This document shows, in pieces, positions 48,551 through 62,868 of a stretch of 64,000 bases of DNA. Position 1 is the first letter of the stretch, and each line of letters begins with the position of its first letter. Origin of the DNA: Paraspadella gotoi (Eukaryota; Animalia; Chaetognatha); contig JBJCIZ010000744.1 in the NCBI GenBank assembly GCA_051294375.1, forward strand, positions 1,742,037-1,806,036, given 5' to 3'. The notes under the pieces are model-generated. The model worked only from the letters and a program-made list of their open reading frames with translations. It ran no database searches and was not told the origin of the DNA. Made by a program: the position numbers and the translations under genes.

Positions 48551-49292
48551 AAGCATTTGTTGTCAAATGCGCTGATGAAGATTTGAATTAATGAACCGAA
48601 ACACACTTTATATACTAATGAGTTAAATATCAAATTTAAAATGAAATATAGGGATAAATGAACAGAAATGAGGCGCATTGGGTAAAGAGAGCCCCTTTTT
48701 CCTCTAAGCTTTAAAACAATTTTGACCCTACCCTCCGTCCAACTTATCCCCGACTCAATTTCGTGTCTGCGGTTCGTTTTTTTTTTTGGTTTTTTGAAAA
48801 ATTTTTGCGGCGAAATAAAAGTCAAGGAGGAAGATGATGATGATGATGATGATGAGGAAGAGGAAGAGGAGGGTGAAGATGAGGGGGATACGTTGAGTCA
48901 AAATCACCGGAATTTTTTTCCCCTTTCTGTCTGCTCTGAAGACATCTCTCTCTCTCTCTCTCTCTATATCTCTTTCTCTCTGTTTATTTGTCTCCGTCTC
49001 GTGTCTCTTCCTTCCTGTTGAATTCTTTTGTTGTTTTTTTTGTCGACATTTCATTATTTTTTTTGTTAATTTGTCTGAGTTAAAATGATTCTTAATTATT
49101 TTAGCTTATTGCCTAAGCTCAATTAAATCAATCAATAAATCAATCAATCAATTAATCAAAAGCTTACCCCAAATATCTTTCGCTTCCGACTTTTCCCTTC
49201 CCTTTTTTTTAAATTACGATGGAATAGAACATTTTATTAGTTTCTTTCCGATGTTTGATTCGGTTCATTGGTTCATTTGGTCATTTTGTGTT

Positions 49293-49339
<47 letters not shown>

Positions 49340-49514
49340 ATCTCTCCGTCAGTCGTCGTTGGGTCAAACTAACTCAATTCAACCGGGATACGAACCCAAG
49401 ACCTTCCCGAAGCCCAGATTGATTCTGTTATCGTCAAAGAAATAGACAATACTTTTATTCTTTTGAAGTTTAAAATTTAATTAAGCAATCATGTCTGTGA
49501 AAGAAAAAAAAAGA

Positions 49515-49575
<61 letters not shown>

Positions 49576-50026
49576 TCCACGTGTGTTATACATCATTTCA
49601 ACTTTTCAATCAAAATTTTAATGTTTAAACACATGTTCTAATTTCCAAAAAAAAAAACGATAAGTTTTTCGTTCTTCCATCTGTTAAAATCTGGAAAAGG
49701 GTTCAATTTTATTTTATTAATTATTTCACTTTCACATCATTTTACTTTTTAGCGTATTTTATTGATGTACGTAACATTTGATCTTCCAACAATCATTCTC
49801 CCATTCTGAAATCGAAATTTGAGTCCAGCCCCCTTTCCGTCTTCAGCTCTCCCCGCTCACCCACACCACAGTTCCACCACATTTAAATCCAATTTCGTGC
49901 CCACACGATACCCACAAAGAAGTTTTTCTTTCTCCAAAATCAAGAAAGAAAAAACCCAACTGTATCGATTTTTTCAACGTCTTAAAAACCGAGTCACTTT
50001 TAAGTTTTTCATCGTTAATCATATGG

Positions 50027-50355
50027 TTTTTAGTTGCGCAGCGCACAACTCTATTAGTCACTTTTCGGTCGGTCGGTCGGTCGGTCGGTCCGTCGGTATA
50101 TCTGTCCGTCGGTCTGTTCAACTTACGTTAAAAATGCTCATTACTTGCGTATAGATGCTCATTTGTTAAGAAGGGAAAATCCTCAAATTTAAGTGACTTC
50201 TTGCGCCGCCTTCAGGAAATCCTAAAATTATAAAAAACAAAAGACGGTTTCCGATGCAGTGCATGGGCTAAAAAAGTAATTGCGAGTCATGTCACGAGAA
50301 ATATACGTGATAAGGCAGTCACTGCAGCGCAACACATTTGAATTACCGTTCTTGT
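50027..50355 (+). mobile_element. Helentron/DINE-1-like element (family D), collinear with 38413-38706
   Basis: Same 5' block, (ggtc)n microsatellite, cttacgttaaaaatgctc, and the same 3' block. Confidence 0.7.
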
Positions 50356-50741
50356 TTTTTTTTCTTGACAACTGCTTTAAAAGCAAATCAGGATTAATTG
50401 CGTCGAAAGAAAATTGATACAAGTAAAATAACAATTTTTGCATTCATTTAATAAATCTTGCTAACTGGATTCGGACGGGTGGCGGTTGGCTAAGGAGATA
50501 ATAACAGGACAGTACCCTGCAAGTCATCGCAAAATGAAATTGTAAGAAATCACCTCAGGACGAGAAGCTGCTTCCAAAAAACTCGATAACCTTTTTTTCA
50601 GTCAAATTTTAAAAATCCTTTTTTTATTTAACCTTAGAATTTGCAGACAAAAGTGAAATTTTAAAAGAGGAACTAAAAAGAAACGAATTCTGGCAAATTA
50701 AGGGCGAGTCTTTTCTAAGATTTTCCAGAACAATTTTTTTT

Positions 50742-50775
<34 letters not shown>

Positions 50776-51264
50776 TTGATGATTTTAAATTTTCCCGCTC
50801 GTTCTCACGTTATATTTCAACGATCTAAAATCGCCAGGCACTTCGTCGACTCATCACCAGGCGCCGCGAAAGAAAAGCAGATTTGAAACTGAAACCGGTA
50901 AACCGTTATTTTTTTTTTTTTTTTAATTTGACGTGATGCGGTTTCGAACCCGCGACCTCTGCGATTCTAGGCCGATGACCTTTTAAGTTGTCTTCTTCTT
51001 AATCAAATAGTTTTTTTCTTTCTCTCGGTCACGTGGCATCGTGTCATAAAAGATAATTACTGGGACCTTTTAATGACATTAAGGTGCGTAAACCCCTCAG
51101 CGTAAAAAGGGGGCTGATAGTTAACCTTTTTTATTTATTGATTTAATTAAAAAGGGTTTTGAAAAGAATATTATATTCAAAGTATTTAAAATTTGGTTAA
51201 ATACGGAGGCCGGTTGAGACGAGGATACGCAGATGTTAAAGAGATGAACGCTTTCTCGGGTTTA

Positions 51265-51308
<44 letters not shown>

Positions 51309-51857
51309 TGGTTGAACTCAAAGTTGAATCTCGACTTTGAATTGTTCGTCAGGTCATCCTAACCTGGAGATTATTTTTTTTGTCTCTCTCTCTCTCTCTC
51401 GCTCTCGCTCTCAGCTCTTCTGCTCGAAGATCCGGCGATCGAGAGAGAGAGAGAGAGAGAGAGAAAACACTCAAGACTTTTTTTTTGCTTTTTCTTGAAA
51501 ATTAAATTTCGGTGAATCTGGAACGTCTGTTGGAACGAACGAATGTTTGTTCTGCCTGACGCATCGATTTTGGGTTAAATGGCGGGAAATATTGAAAGAG
51601 AAATAAGTAATTTATGAAAGAATATTAAGTTATTTAATATAAAATATTAAAAATAAAATGTAATTAAAAATTAATTTTGAAAGACCGAGAAAGCTTAAAA
51701 AAATTAGAAGCCAATTAATAGTAGAAAAAAAAAGAAATAAAGAATAATTTTTTAAACAGGTACTAACCCTCAAACAAAAAGACAAAATAGCATCAGATTT
51801 CTAAAAATGGGAAATGAATAAAGACTAAAAGAGAAATAAAGTGAAAAAATTTTAAAA

Positions 51858-52230
51858 AACAAGATCGTTCCATCCAATGTGTTGCTCCGTAATGACTTTC
51901 TTTTCACATGAATTTTCCTGTGATCACATGACTACATGATTAGGAAATTTATTTATAACGAACGTATTTATAATGTATTTGTATTTACAACATGCATTGC
52001 ATCGGAATTCCGTCTTTTATTCTTTATAGTTTTAGGATTTCCTAAAGGCGGCGCTAGGAGTCACTTAGATTTGATGTTTTTTCCTGTCTTAACAAATGAG
52101 CAACCAACTATACGTTAGTTAAGAGTGGGACAAACTAACGGACAGATATATAGACCGACCGACAGACCGACCGACCGATCAAAAAGTGACTTATAGAGCT
52201 GATCCGCGTGTACTCACGCCGAAGCTTTAA
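51858..52230 (-). mobile_element. Family D element on the minus strand; partial relatives near 31560-31630, 35930-36110, 40480-40645, 45800-45850 and 62117-62170
   Basis: gaccgaccga..aaaagtgacttatagag at the right end and aacaagatcg.tccatccaatgtgttgc.ccg..tgactttc at the left end are reverse complements of family D termini. Confidence 0.62.
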
Positions 52231-52721
52231 AAAAAACAAGTGGATTATCAAGAATGAGAAAAAGGAGAATCTTATCAGGGTGCGACATTTTTAAGAATTC
52301 CAGAGGAAGGAATAGAACAAACAGAGTTTGGCTGTGAGGAACTAAACTACTATTTAACTATTTAAATCAGTTTCAGAATAAACATTACGATATGAAGTAC
52401 AGAAGGCTTCATACTATAAAATGAGGTCGTGCTTTTTTGAGACTAGAATCGGTTCCCACTGTACACGGTCGAATTTTATGAAATTTTACACATAAAGTAT
52501 CGATGATTTAAAAGGAGCTCTCAATATAGTATACAAGTAGTATAAATATGGTTATTTTTTTCATCATATTTCACATATATACCTTAGTAAAAACTACTTT
52601 TATTAGATATTTTTGTATTGAGTAGACAACCAATCAATGAATCGGAGCCTTTTTTCCGGGGATTTTCCTTTTTCCCTTTCGCCAAAGGCTTTTCCTAGAA
52701 ATCGGGTTTGTCTTTGTGCCC

Positions 52722-52768
<47 letters not shown>

Positions 52769-53598
52769 GCGCCCCTCGTGGCAGCGGAAAAAATTGACGA
52801 CTTAAGGTGATTTATGCCTCGGGTTCATTTTCCGGTGGACCTGGATTTTCCGATGTAGTTGCCTTTTTCTATTCGTTTTCTAGTAGAGTTAGAATTTTCT
52901 TGCGTTTTTAGATGGAATAGCGTTAGCAGTTTAATTTTTAAATCTATTTTAGCGTAAAAATATATTTATTTCAGTGAAGTTGAAGTTGAAGTCAGACTTT
53001 TTATGTATTTTTAAAAATAAATTGTGAAGTGATAACATTTCAGTTTTAACATAAGTTTTATTAAAGTTTTTATACGAAAAGGCATGTAGATTTTTAATCC
53101 ATTTTCAGTGGGATCTTTATGACAACTGGAAAGGAATGGACAGTAAATCGAGTAGTGAGAAAAGAAAATAGAGAAGGAAAGAAGAGAAGGAAAGAAGAGG
53201 TTTTAAAAAAATAAAAGAAAAGAAGAATTTGAATAAAAGAAATAAGTATTGACAGAGATTGAGAAAAATGGGAAGTTCTTTCAATTTATTCATCGTTTAA
53301 ATCATTTGTTATTTCCTTTAATCTTCCATTTGTTTTTTTTTAATTTTCATGTATCCAATGTTTACCTATACATTCCTTATTAATTTTGTTTCATTTACTT
53401 CAATGAATCATAAATATAAATGTTACTTTTCAAAATTGAGTGACTTTCATCCAACCTTCACATTAATTCACATTAATTCATATTGGACTTCACCCCTCGT
53501 TTCATTTCACTTCATCGTCTCTCTTCAATTTTCGCTGTGAACTTCGCCCGAACTTCCTCAGCTTCCAAACCTGAGTTTCCCGACGCAAATTTCGTTAA

Positions 53599-53645
<47 letters not shown>

Positions 53646-53695
53646 AATTTGCGTTTCCATCGACGATCGGAACAATCGTCACACGCGATCTTAAA

Positions 53696-53806
53696 TCACG
53701 TGATGTCGGGTCAATCACGTGACTTTTCGCTTTGATCACGTGACTTTTCGCTTTGATCACGTGACTTTTCCTTTTGATCACGTGACTATTACCTTTGATC
53801 ACGTGA
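53696..53806. promoter_or_regulatory. Tandem array of six TCACGTGA E-box palindromes at 21-bp spacing
   Basis: TCACGTGA starts at 53696, 53715, 53736, 53757, 53778 and 53799; unit ttgatcacgtgacttttcgct. The repeat is certain; a regulatory function is inferred only. Confidence 0.45.
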
Positions 53807-54873
53807 CAATCAGTCGTCAACACGGTTTAGGGATGTTTTAAAAAAGTGCAATTTTATACCTCGTGATGTAAAGTCAGGCAGCCAGCCTGACACAAAATAG
53901 TTTCAGGAGAATCAAAATTGGCCACGCCCACTTCCGGTGCCAATGGACAAGTCTATTCGTATCACTCGGCCTTACAGACATATTTATTGACTATACCTAA
54001 ACAATCGGCCTGGCTCTAGTGGCCCCTCATCACCGCAACTTTGTGGTTTACTCCCTTTCTTTTTGTATTTGTTTGCTTCGGTGGCTTCGCCTCATTCCGT
54101 AAAACGCAATCGTTCCAACGGTTCAGTATGTCTGTCCACTAGTCCATTATGTTAAAAATGCTTATAAATCTTGAAATACTTCATCAATTTAGTTCATTTT
54201 TGGTAGGAAGGAAAGGTCCGATAAGACCTTCGACTGATCAGCCTAAAAATCGATCACATGACCTAAAATTCAATACAGCGTAACTTATGAAATACTTTTA
54301 ATCAATACTGAGCAGAATAGGCAGGAATCCGCAAATGATTTTTGTGCATATGTTTCATGATTGTTTAATCAGTGATTAATCTCGTGATTAATCACGTGAC
54401 CATGCAGAACTATAGTCACATGATCATAAAGTAAAGTAGGAATATTTCACGTAATATCTGGTTGTTTAAGCTGGAAATTTGCGGATAAGTCATGAACTAT
54501 TGCCAATAGTATTCAAATTTTGACATACATATCTGTCATAGTTATGTAGTCATATGATTAGTCAGAAATAAAAGTAATACAAATATCTTTAAAATAGTTT
54601 TCAAAACTTGGTCGAGTTTATTTTATAATAAGTATATTTTTTTAGAAAACTACTCAAGAAAAGATATATAAAATAATTAATTAATAATATTACGCATATT
54701 TTAACCGAAGTCTATAGTAAACCGATTACGTTGGTCTCCGGCGTCGGTTCATCTTTTTTTTCTCCATCAACAACTTTTATTTAAAACAACCAAAAAGAGT
54801 AAACAACGGAACAATCTAATAATATTTTCTATGAAAAAAAGGGGAAATAAATTTTAAAAAATGCCTTTTTGGC

Positions 54874-54907
<34 letters not shown>

Positions 54908-57303
54908 NNNNNNNNNNNNNNNNNNNNNNNNNNNNNNNNNNNNNNNNNNNNNNNNNNNNNNNNNNNNNNNNNNNNNNNNNNNNNNNNNNNNNNNNNNNNN
55001 NNNNNNNNNNNNNNNNNNNNNNNNNNNNNNNNNNNNNNNNNNNNNNNNNNNNNNNNNNNNNNNNNNNNNNNNNNNNNNNNNNNNNNNNNNNNNNNNNNNN
55101 NNNNNNNNNNNNNNNNNNNNNNNNNNNNNNNNNNNNNNNNNNNNNNNNNNNNNNNNNNNNNNNNNNNNNNNNNNNNNNNNNNNNNNNNNNNNNNNNNNNN
55201 NNNNNNNNNNNNNNNNNNNNNNNNNNNNNNNNNNNNNNNNNNNNNNNNNNNNNNNAAACGGTTTTGTCTCCATTTATATTAAGTGAATTTTCGCGTAGCA
55301 TTTTGCGTTCTGCCTGATACGCATAGATTTTGCGTTCTGNNNNNNNNNNNNNNNNNNNNNNNNNNNNNNNNNNNNNNNNNNNNNNNNNNNNNNNNNNNNN
55401 NNNNNNNNNNNNNNNNNNNNNNNNNNNNNNNNNNNNNNNNNNNNNNNNNNNNNNNNNNNNNNNNNNNNNNNNNNNNNNNNNNNNNNNNNNNNNNNNNNNN
55501 NNNNNNNNNNNNNNNNNNNNNNNNNNNNNNNNNNNNNNNNNNNNNNNNNNNNNNNNNNNNNNNNNNNCTATAACAGTTATACATGGATTTAAAACTTTGA
55601 AGAAAAAAGAATAAGATTGACTCCTAAGGATTCCATAGTTGACTCGACTCCATACTTAACTCATAGGATTCCATAGTTCTTAAAGCGAATGTATCACAAA
55701 TCCGCTCAATATTAAGTATTAACTTTGAAAATTAAAAAAAAATTAAAAAANNNNNNNNNNNNNNNNNNNNNNNNNNNNNNNNNNNNNNNNNNNNNNNNNN
55801 NNNNNNNNNNNNNNNNNNNNNNNNNNNNNNNNNNNNNNNNNNNNNNNNNNNNNNNNNNNNNNNNNNNNNNNNNNNNNNNNNNNNNNNNNNNNNNNNNNNN
55901 NNNNNNNNNNNNNNNNNNNNNNNNNNNNNNNNNNNNNNNNNNNNNNNNNNNNNNNNNNNNNNNNNNNNNNNNNNNNNNNNNNNNNNNNNNNNNNNNNNNN
56001 NNNNNNNNNNNNNNNNNNNNNNNNNNNNNNNNNNNNNNNNNNNNNNNNNNNNNNNNNNNNNNNNNNNNNNNNNNNNNNNNNNNNNNNNNNNNNNNNNNNN
56101 NNNNNNNNNNNNNNNNNNNNNNNNNNNNNNNNNNNNNNNNNNNNNNNNNNNNNNNNNNNNNNNNNNNNNNNNNNNNNNNNNNNNNNNNNNNNNNNNNNNN
56201 NNNNNNNNNNNNNNNNNNNNNNNNNNNNNNNNNNNNNNNNNNNNNNNNNNNNNNNNNNNNNNNNNNNNNNNNNNNNNNNNNNNNNNNNNNNNNNNNNNNN
56301 NNNNNNNNNNNNNNNNNNNNNNNNNNNNNNNNNNNNNNNNNNNNNNNNNNNNNNNNNNNNNNNNNNNNNNNNNNNNNNNNNNNNNNNNNNNNNNNNNNNN
56401 NNNNNNNNNNNNNNNNNNNNNNNNNNNNNNNNNNNNNNNNNNNNNNNNNNNNNNNNNNNNNNNNNNNNNNNNNNNNNNNNNNNNNNNNNNNNNNNNNNNN
56501 NNNNNNNNNNNNNNNNNNNNNNNNNNNNNNNNNNNNNNNNNNNNNNNNNNNNNNNNNNNNNNNNNNNNNNNNNNNNNNNNNNNNNNNNNNNNNNNNNNNN
56601 NNNNNNNNNNNNNNNNNNNNNNNNNNNNNNNNNNNNNNNNNNNNNNNNAACGGTTGGGGAATGAGAAACTCCTTCTCTATCTTCTCCCTCTTTTCCTTCC
56701 CCGACCCCACTCCTTCTCTCCCACTCCTCTTTCTCCACCCTCCTACTCGAGTTCTCCACCCTCCACCCTTCTCTCTTCACGTAAATTACATTTGATGTTC
56801 ATCTAATTCCGACTTCGACGCAAATATTTCCATCGTTTATGCTGAATTAGAAAAAAAAAGAAAAAAAAAGAAAGAAAAAAGAAAAGAAAGAAAAAAAAGA
56901 AAAATAGAAAAAAAAAAGAAAAAAAAGGTACTCTTTTCCGAAAGCGCCCCTCCTAACCCTAATCCATAACCAAAATTGGTTAATTATAGCAATTAAGATT
57001 TAATGTTATATTTAGGAGAGTCAAGAACTGAATACGATGACGACTACCATAACGATGACGACGAAAACAACGACAAAGACGACGACGACGATTATGATTA
57101 CGACGACAACGAAGACGATGCTGACGAAGATGATGAGAACAACGACGACGACAACGACGACGACGAGGGCGGCAGAAGCAGCAATAACAACGAAGCCGAA
57201 AGAAGGGAAAAACCTCACAGTTTCCCGGAGGACATAACCAGCGCGATAAAAGTGGCAACATTTCTGGGTCTAATTCAACATGATTTACGAGAAGAGCGGC
57301 AGA

Positions 57304-57345
<42 letters not shown>

Positions 57346-57396
57346 GAGAGGAAAACTCGTGAACACAGCAGAATCTAATCTCGAATCCTCGGCCGC

Positions 57397-57440
<44 letters not shown>

Positions 57441-58324
57441 TTTTTTTCTGCTGACGTCTATCGTCGAACGCACACGTTGCCGAGTTACGAAAAGGAGGGG
57501 AGAAGGAAGAAGCGGCTTCACGTCACGGAAGGAAGAGAAACTCGATTCGTTGACGCAAAGAGATTTTGCGTCACAAAGTCAGAAACGTGACATTTGTAAC
57601 TGTAAGAGGTTCAGTGTCAATGAATAACCTACGAGTCCTTAGGTCAACCTGTAAGAAGCGTATCTTTGTCTCAGTAAAATATTTTTATTATAGAATAAAG
57701 GCGACTTAAGAAGTAATAACTAATCATTGTCAAATCATTGTTTAATCACAAAATCGTTCAATGTTACTTCATGTCACTTATGTAACTTATGTCACTTATG
57801 TCACTGCCAAAGGGGAGAAAGCGGTTCTCTGTCACACAAGTTTGAACCAAGAAAGTTGCGCTCTGTCACACGAGTAAAGTTCTTTGTCACTCCAGGAAGA
57901 GAAAATTCGTGACGGTGAGAAAAGCGGTTCTCTGTCACGTTCGCTAAAAACCCTACACGCAATGTTGAAGGGTGGGGAGAGGGGATGTAGAAAGGGTGGA
58001 GAGAGGGGATGTAGAAGGGTGAGAAGGAATTTCGTTTAACTTTGGTTCGTCTGATTTTCGTGGAATCAAGCGGAGATTGTGTAGAGGGGAGAGGGGAGAA
58101 GGGGGGCGGAGGTAGAAAGGAAGCTGCGGGGGTTCGTCGTGGATGCGATGGTGGCGGACGGGGCGGCGGTGGAGGGAGCGGCGCCAATTAGCGCCTCGAA
58201 GGAGGGCGTCTCGTGTCGCGTCGCCACCGCCGCGCTAATTATGTCCTGAGCGCAGAGAGAAGCAGAAGAAAAATAAGATATTTTTTTGTTCTGATAGGAA
58301 ATGAGGATGAGGCGAGGGAAGAAA

Positions 58325-58363
<39 letters not shown>

Positions 58364-59823
58364 CGACAACAACAATGCATCCCCTCGTCGGATTCTGAGT
58401 CCAGATTCTTATCAAAGAAAAAAAAAAGATGTGGGAGACTTTCGTCGGTTTTATTGAATTTTAGGGTTTTGACGGGGTTTGACGGGGTTCCATCGGGGTT
58501 TATGGGAGTTCATAGGGTTCATGAGGCGAGCTTTTAAGAGCAGGGTCTCAGACCGGGGGTTTAAGAGGGTCTTAGACCGGAGTTTAGATGGAGGATTGAA
58601 TTATTTCGAGGGGAAAATCTCGTTAACCCACTTATTTTTTATGTCGTACTCCCTTTTTTNNNNNNNNNNNNNNNNNNNNNNNNNTACTTCTCTCTCCGTC
58701 TCTCTCTCTCTCTCTTCTCTCTCTCCTCTCCCTATCTTTCGATATATCTCTCCTCTCTCTCTCTAAAAAAAAAAAAAATTTAAAAAAAGTATTTTAATAC
58801 AATCAGCAGACAAAAAAAAAATTTTGTGGCGAAAACGTTTTTTTTTTTTAAGCGAAGTAAATAATTCACCGAAGGAGATGAATCTCTCGACGTCGTCGTC
58901 GTCGTGCGGTTCTTCGTCCGATCTTCGTTCTTGCGGTTCTTTCGATTCGTCGTCGTTCACATGTCGATATAAATCCTTTTTTGGTTTTTTTTTTTTTCAT
59001 TTAGTTCTGTCGGAGATTATCGTATTTCTTTTTAGAGCGTCGTCTTCGGTTTTTGCCCATTCATCATATATTATTATTTATTATCCTATGATAAAGATCT
59101 AAACATAAATTATATGGTACCAATTATATAAATAATAAAATCTAGTACCTACTTACTAGGTAAGATAAATCTCGAAAGGATGAAAACCAACCGAATAATC
59201 TAAAACCCATAGCTCAAATGAATATGAATAGTAATCTGAAAAATGACTAGGGCAGTGCTCATACAACAAACGTCTCAACTTTCCCGAGCCTGCTCGCCTG
59301 CTGCGCCCTGCTCCTCCCGCTCCTCTAGCTGCCTCTCGCTCCACCTCCCTCTCCTCTCCGCATCACTCCTAACTCCTCATGTCCCGCTCACTCCGGATTC
59401 CTGCCTCCCACTCACTCCGCGCACCACTAACTCCCCGGCCAAACTCCTAGACTGCCCCAACGGGAGGCATCGCACTCCCCCACTCACTTCCCCCGCTCGA
59501 TTCCCTGCCACTCACTCCCACTCACTCTCCCACTCACTCCCGCGATCCAAGATCCTCCGCCGCCTCCCGGCTCACGTACCCGCCACTCAAATCATAATGC
59601 ACACAGATCTCACTACAGGCGCGCGCGAAAAAAACACGATTATATATTCAAAAGATGCAAACATTCTATAATTTGTATGGGGTTCTTTTAGGAGAATTTA
59701 TCTAAGTATATATAGTGTGATTTCTAATATTATGGATATATTTTATAAAATATATTACATAAAAGAATACTTGAGTTTTATCAGTTGCTTATTTTTATCA
59801 ATGCAACTTTAATTGGCTTTTGG

Positions 59824-59891
<68 letters not shown>

Positions 59892-62640
59892 GTTTCACAC
59901 TTCCATTGTCCTTATTTAATTCTCTCGCCCGCAAAACTGACTGAGATCTTCGATCAAATCTCTCACGCGGAAATAAAAGAAAAAAAGGAAAAAAAAAAAG
60001 AAAGGAAGAGGAATATAAAGAAAGAAAGAAAAAAAGAAAGAAAATTAGTCGGCCACGCTTCCATTGAGTCAAAGTCGTCNNNNNNNNNNNNNNNNNNNNN
60101 NNNNNNNNNNNNNNNNNNNNNNNNNNNNNNNNNNNNNNNNNNNNNNNNNNNNNNNNNNNNNNNNNNNNNNNNNNNNNNNNNNNNNNNNNNNNNNNNNNNN
60201 NNNNNNNNNNNNNNNNNNNNNNNNNNNNNNNNNNNNNNNNNNNNNNNNNNNNNNNNNNNNNNNNNNNNNNNNNNNNNNNNNNNNNNNNNNNNNNNNNNNN
60301 NNNNNNNNNNNNNNNNNNNNNNNNNNNNNNNNNNNNNNNNNNNNNNNNNNNNNNNNNNNNNNNNNNNNNNNNNNNNNNNNNNNNNNNNNNNNNNNNTTTA
60401 TCTTTCCTCTCTTTATTTCCTCCCTTTTTTTCTCTTCCTCCTTTTCTTTCCTTCTTGTCTCTTACCTCTCTTTTCCTTTTCTTCATCCTTCGTTCCTCTT
60501 CTCATCTACTTTTCTCCTTTTCCTTTCCTATTTTCCCTTTTCCTTTCCTTCCTTTCATCTTCTTTCCTCCCCTCATTTTCTTCCCTTCCTTCCTTTTTCC
60601 TTCACCTTTTTGTGTCCTTTCCTTTTCTCCTCTTTCCTCCCTTCTCTTTCCTTATCTTCCTCCTTTTCCTCTCTTCCTCCCTTCCTCTTCTTTTCCTTTC
60701 CTTCCCTTCCTCCTTTTTCTCCTTTTCCGCGTGACTCACTCCGCCATCTGCGCTACAATAATCTCTTTTTATCGGTTTTCCTCCATTTGTAAATTGGTTG
60801 ACGTCGACGAGTCGTCGTCGTCGTCTTTATCGTCGTCGTCTTTATCGTTGTCGTCGTCTCCTTTCCATCTGACTCACCCGGCCGTATTTTTTTTCTTCGT
60901 GGTCACGACTCACAAGGGCACGAGAGGCCTTTAAGGGCATGAGGCCTTGAGGTTAGGTGGCCTTTAAGGGCAGGGGGCCTTTGAGGGTTGAGAGGAGACC
61001 AGCAATAAGGGCAGGGAAAACAAAAAAGCTTAATCGAATATTATAGAGAGCAGGTGGTAGGGCTAATGAGGGCAAGGGCGAGGGGTCTTTAATAGAAGGA
61101 AGGAGAGAAGAAAAAAGGCCAGAGGGCAAGTGAATATTATGGGCAACAGCCTCGGCGCTTTACAAGGTGAAAGGCTTTAAGAGCAGAGAGGAGGCTAGCG
61201 CTGAGGAAGTAAAAGAGCAAAGCTTTAAGAGCAGAGAGGAGGCTAGCGCTGAGAAAGTTAAAGAGCAAAGCTTTAAGAGCAGAGAGGAGGCTAGCGCTGA
61301 GAAAGTTAAAGAGCAAAGCTTTAAGAGCAGAGAGGAGGCTAGCGCTGAGAAAGTTAAAGAGCAAAGCTTTAAGAGCAGAGAGGAGGCTAGCGCTGAGAAA
61401 GTTAAAGAGCAAAGCTTTAAGAGCAGAGAGGAGGCTAGCGATGAGAAAGTTAAAGAGCAAAGCAGGTTTGCATGTAAAACCGCTAAAGGAAAAAAGCAGG
61501 TTGTATTAAGCAGGCAAGAATTAAACAGAAATAAGTATAGCAAGAAGTTTTATGAATGATTAACAGAACACTGCATAGTGCATAGTGCATAGTGCATAGT
61601 GCATACAGTGCATACAGAATAGCATTGCGCAATGTTGCCAGTAATCAACTCAGTAGCGCGTTCATTATCGTCGCTAAAATGATTAGATTAAAATGATTAC
61701 GTTTCTTTAATTGAGTTAAACTGTGACGCGTTTCGCCTTTAAAAACAAAAGACACAGCAACTCTGGAGGAAGAGAGGTGAGGAACTGACCGACCAAGTTA
61801 TGATACTGACGGACGGACTGACCGACCGACAATAGTCGAGTCTCCCCACGTTGTTAACTAACCAATTTGTGATTAAAATACATAAGAGAAAATAAAGAAC
61901 AAACACATAAACAAGCTACAAATATTTTTTCACGCCACAGCGAAATAAATATTTTTAAATTGGTTGTACCAATTTTATATATAACTGAACCTGTTTATAT
62001 TGTTTTCTTAACCTTAAATTAAAACTTTTTTTCATTTTTGATTATTCTCCAATTGCAAATAATAACAAATTTATTCTATAGATTAGGCTTTTATTTTCAT
62101 TTTAACCTTTTTGTCATTTTTAGCTGCGCCGCTAGTACACGAGGAACAATTCTATAATTGTCGGTCGGCGACAATCACAAAATCACAAAATAAATGCGTC
62201 ATATTTTATTTAACATTTGGTTGCTCTTTTTATTTTATCAAACACGAACACAAGACCTAAAATTTAAGCGAATTTTAGCCCAACTTTTCGTTTTACAAGA
62301 AATTGTATGCAGCGTGAGACAAAAATGCCCATTGGTAGTCACTTAATAATACTCGTAAAAAATTATTAAAATTTCGGAAATTGTAAATAAGTCAATAAGT
62401 AAGTCAATAAGTCAAGCATTCATTCCTTTGTCTAAACCATTCGCCAATTTCCTTTTAATCTTTGTCCTTACTCAACTTACCTGCTTCTTTTTTGTCCCTC
62501 CTCCCGATCCTTTGTCCTTTGTGGATTTCAGCGCTCCAGCGCCCTCTCTCTTTTAACACCTCATCTCACATCCCTCCTCCAAAAAATTGGAACGTCTCGT
62601 CGGATCCTTTCCTCGCCTCTTCGTGCCTCGGGGCTCGCGT

Positions 62641-62674
<34 letters not shown>

Positions 62675-62836
62675 NNNNNNNNNNNNNNNNNNNNNNNNNN
62701 NNNNNNNNNNNNNNNNNNNNNNNNNNNNNNNNNNNNNNNNNNNNNNNNNNNNNNNNNNNNNNNNNNNNNNNNNNNNNNNNNNNNNNNNNNNNNNNNNNNN
62801 NNNNNNNNNNNNNNNNNNNNNNNNNNNNNNNNNNNN

Positions 62837-62868
<32 letters not shown>

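Noticed and set aside
50935-50985. B-box-like tRNA fragments here and at ~33670 and ~49385
   Set aside because: Too short or degenerate for tRNA genes; probably decayed SINE heads.
57003-57362. Asp-rich 119-aa ORF
   Set aside because: Built from (GAC)n and (GA)n microsatellites, with a TTG start and no recognisable domain.
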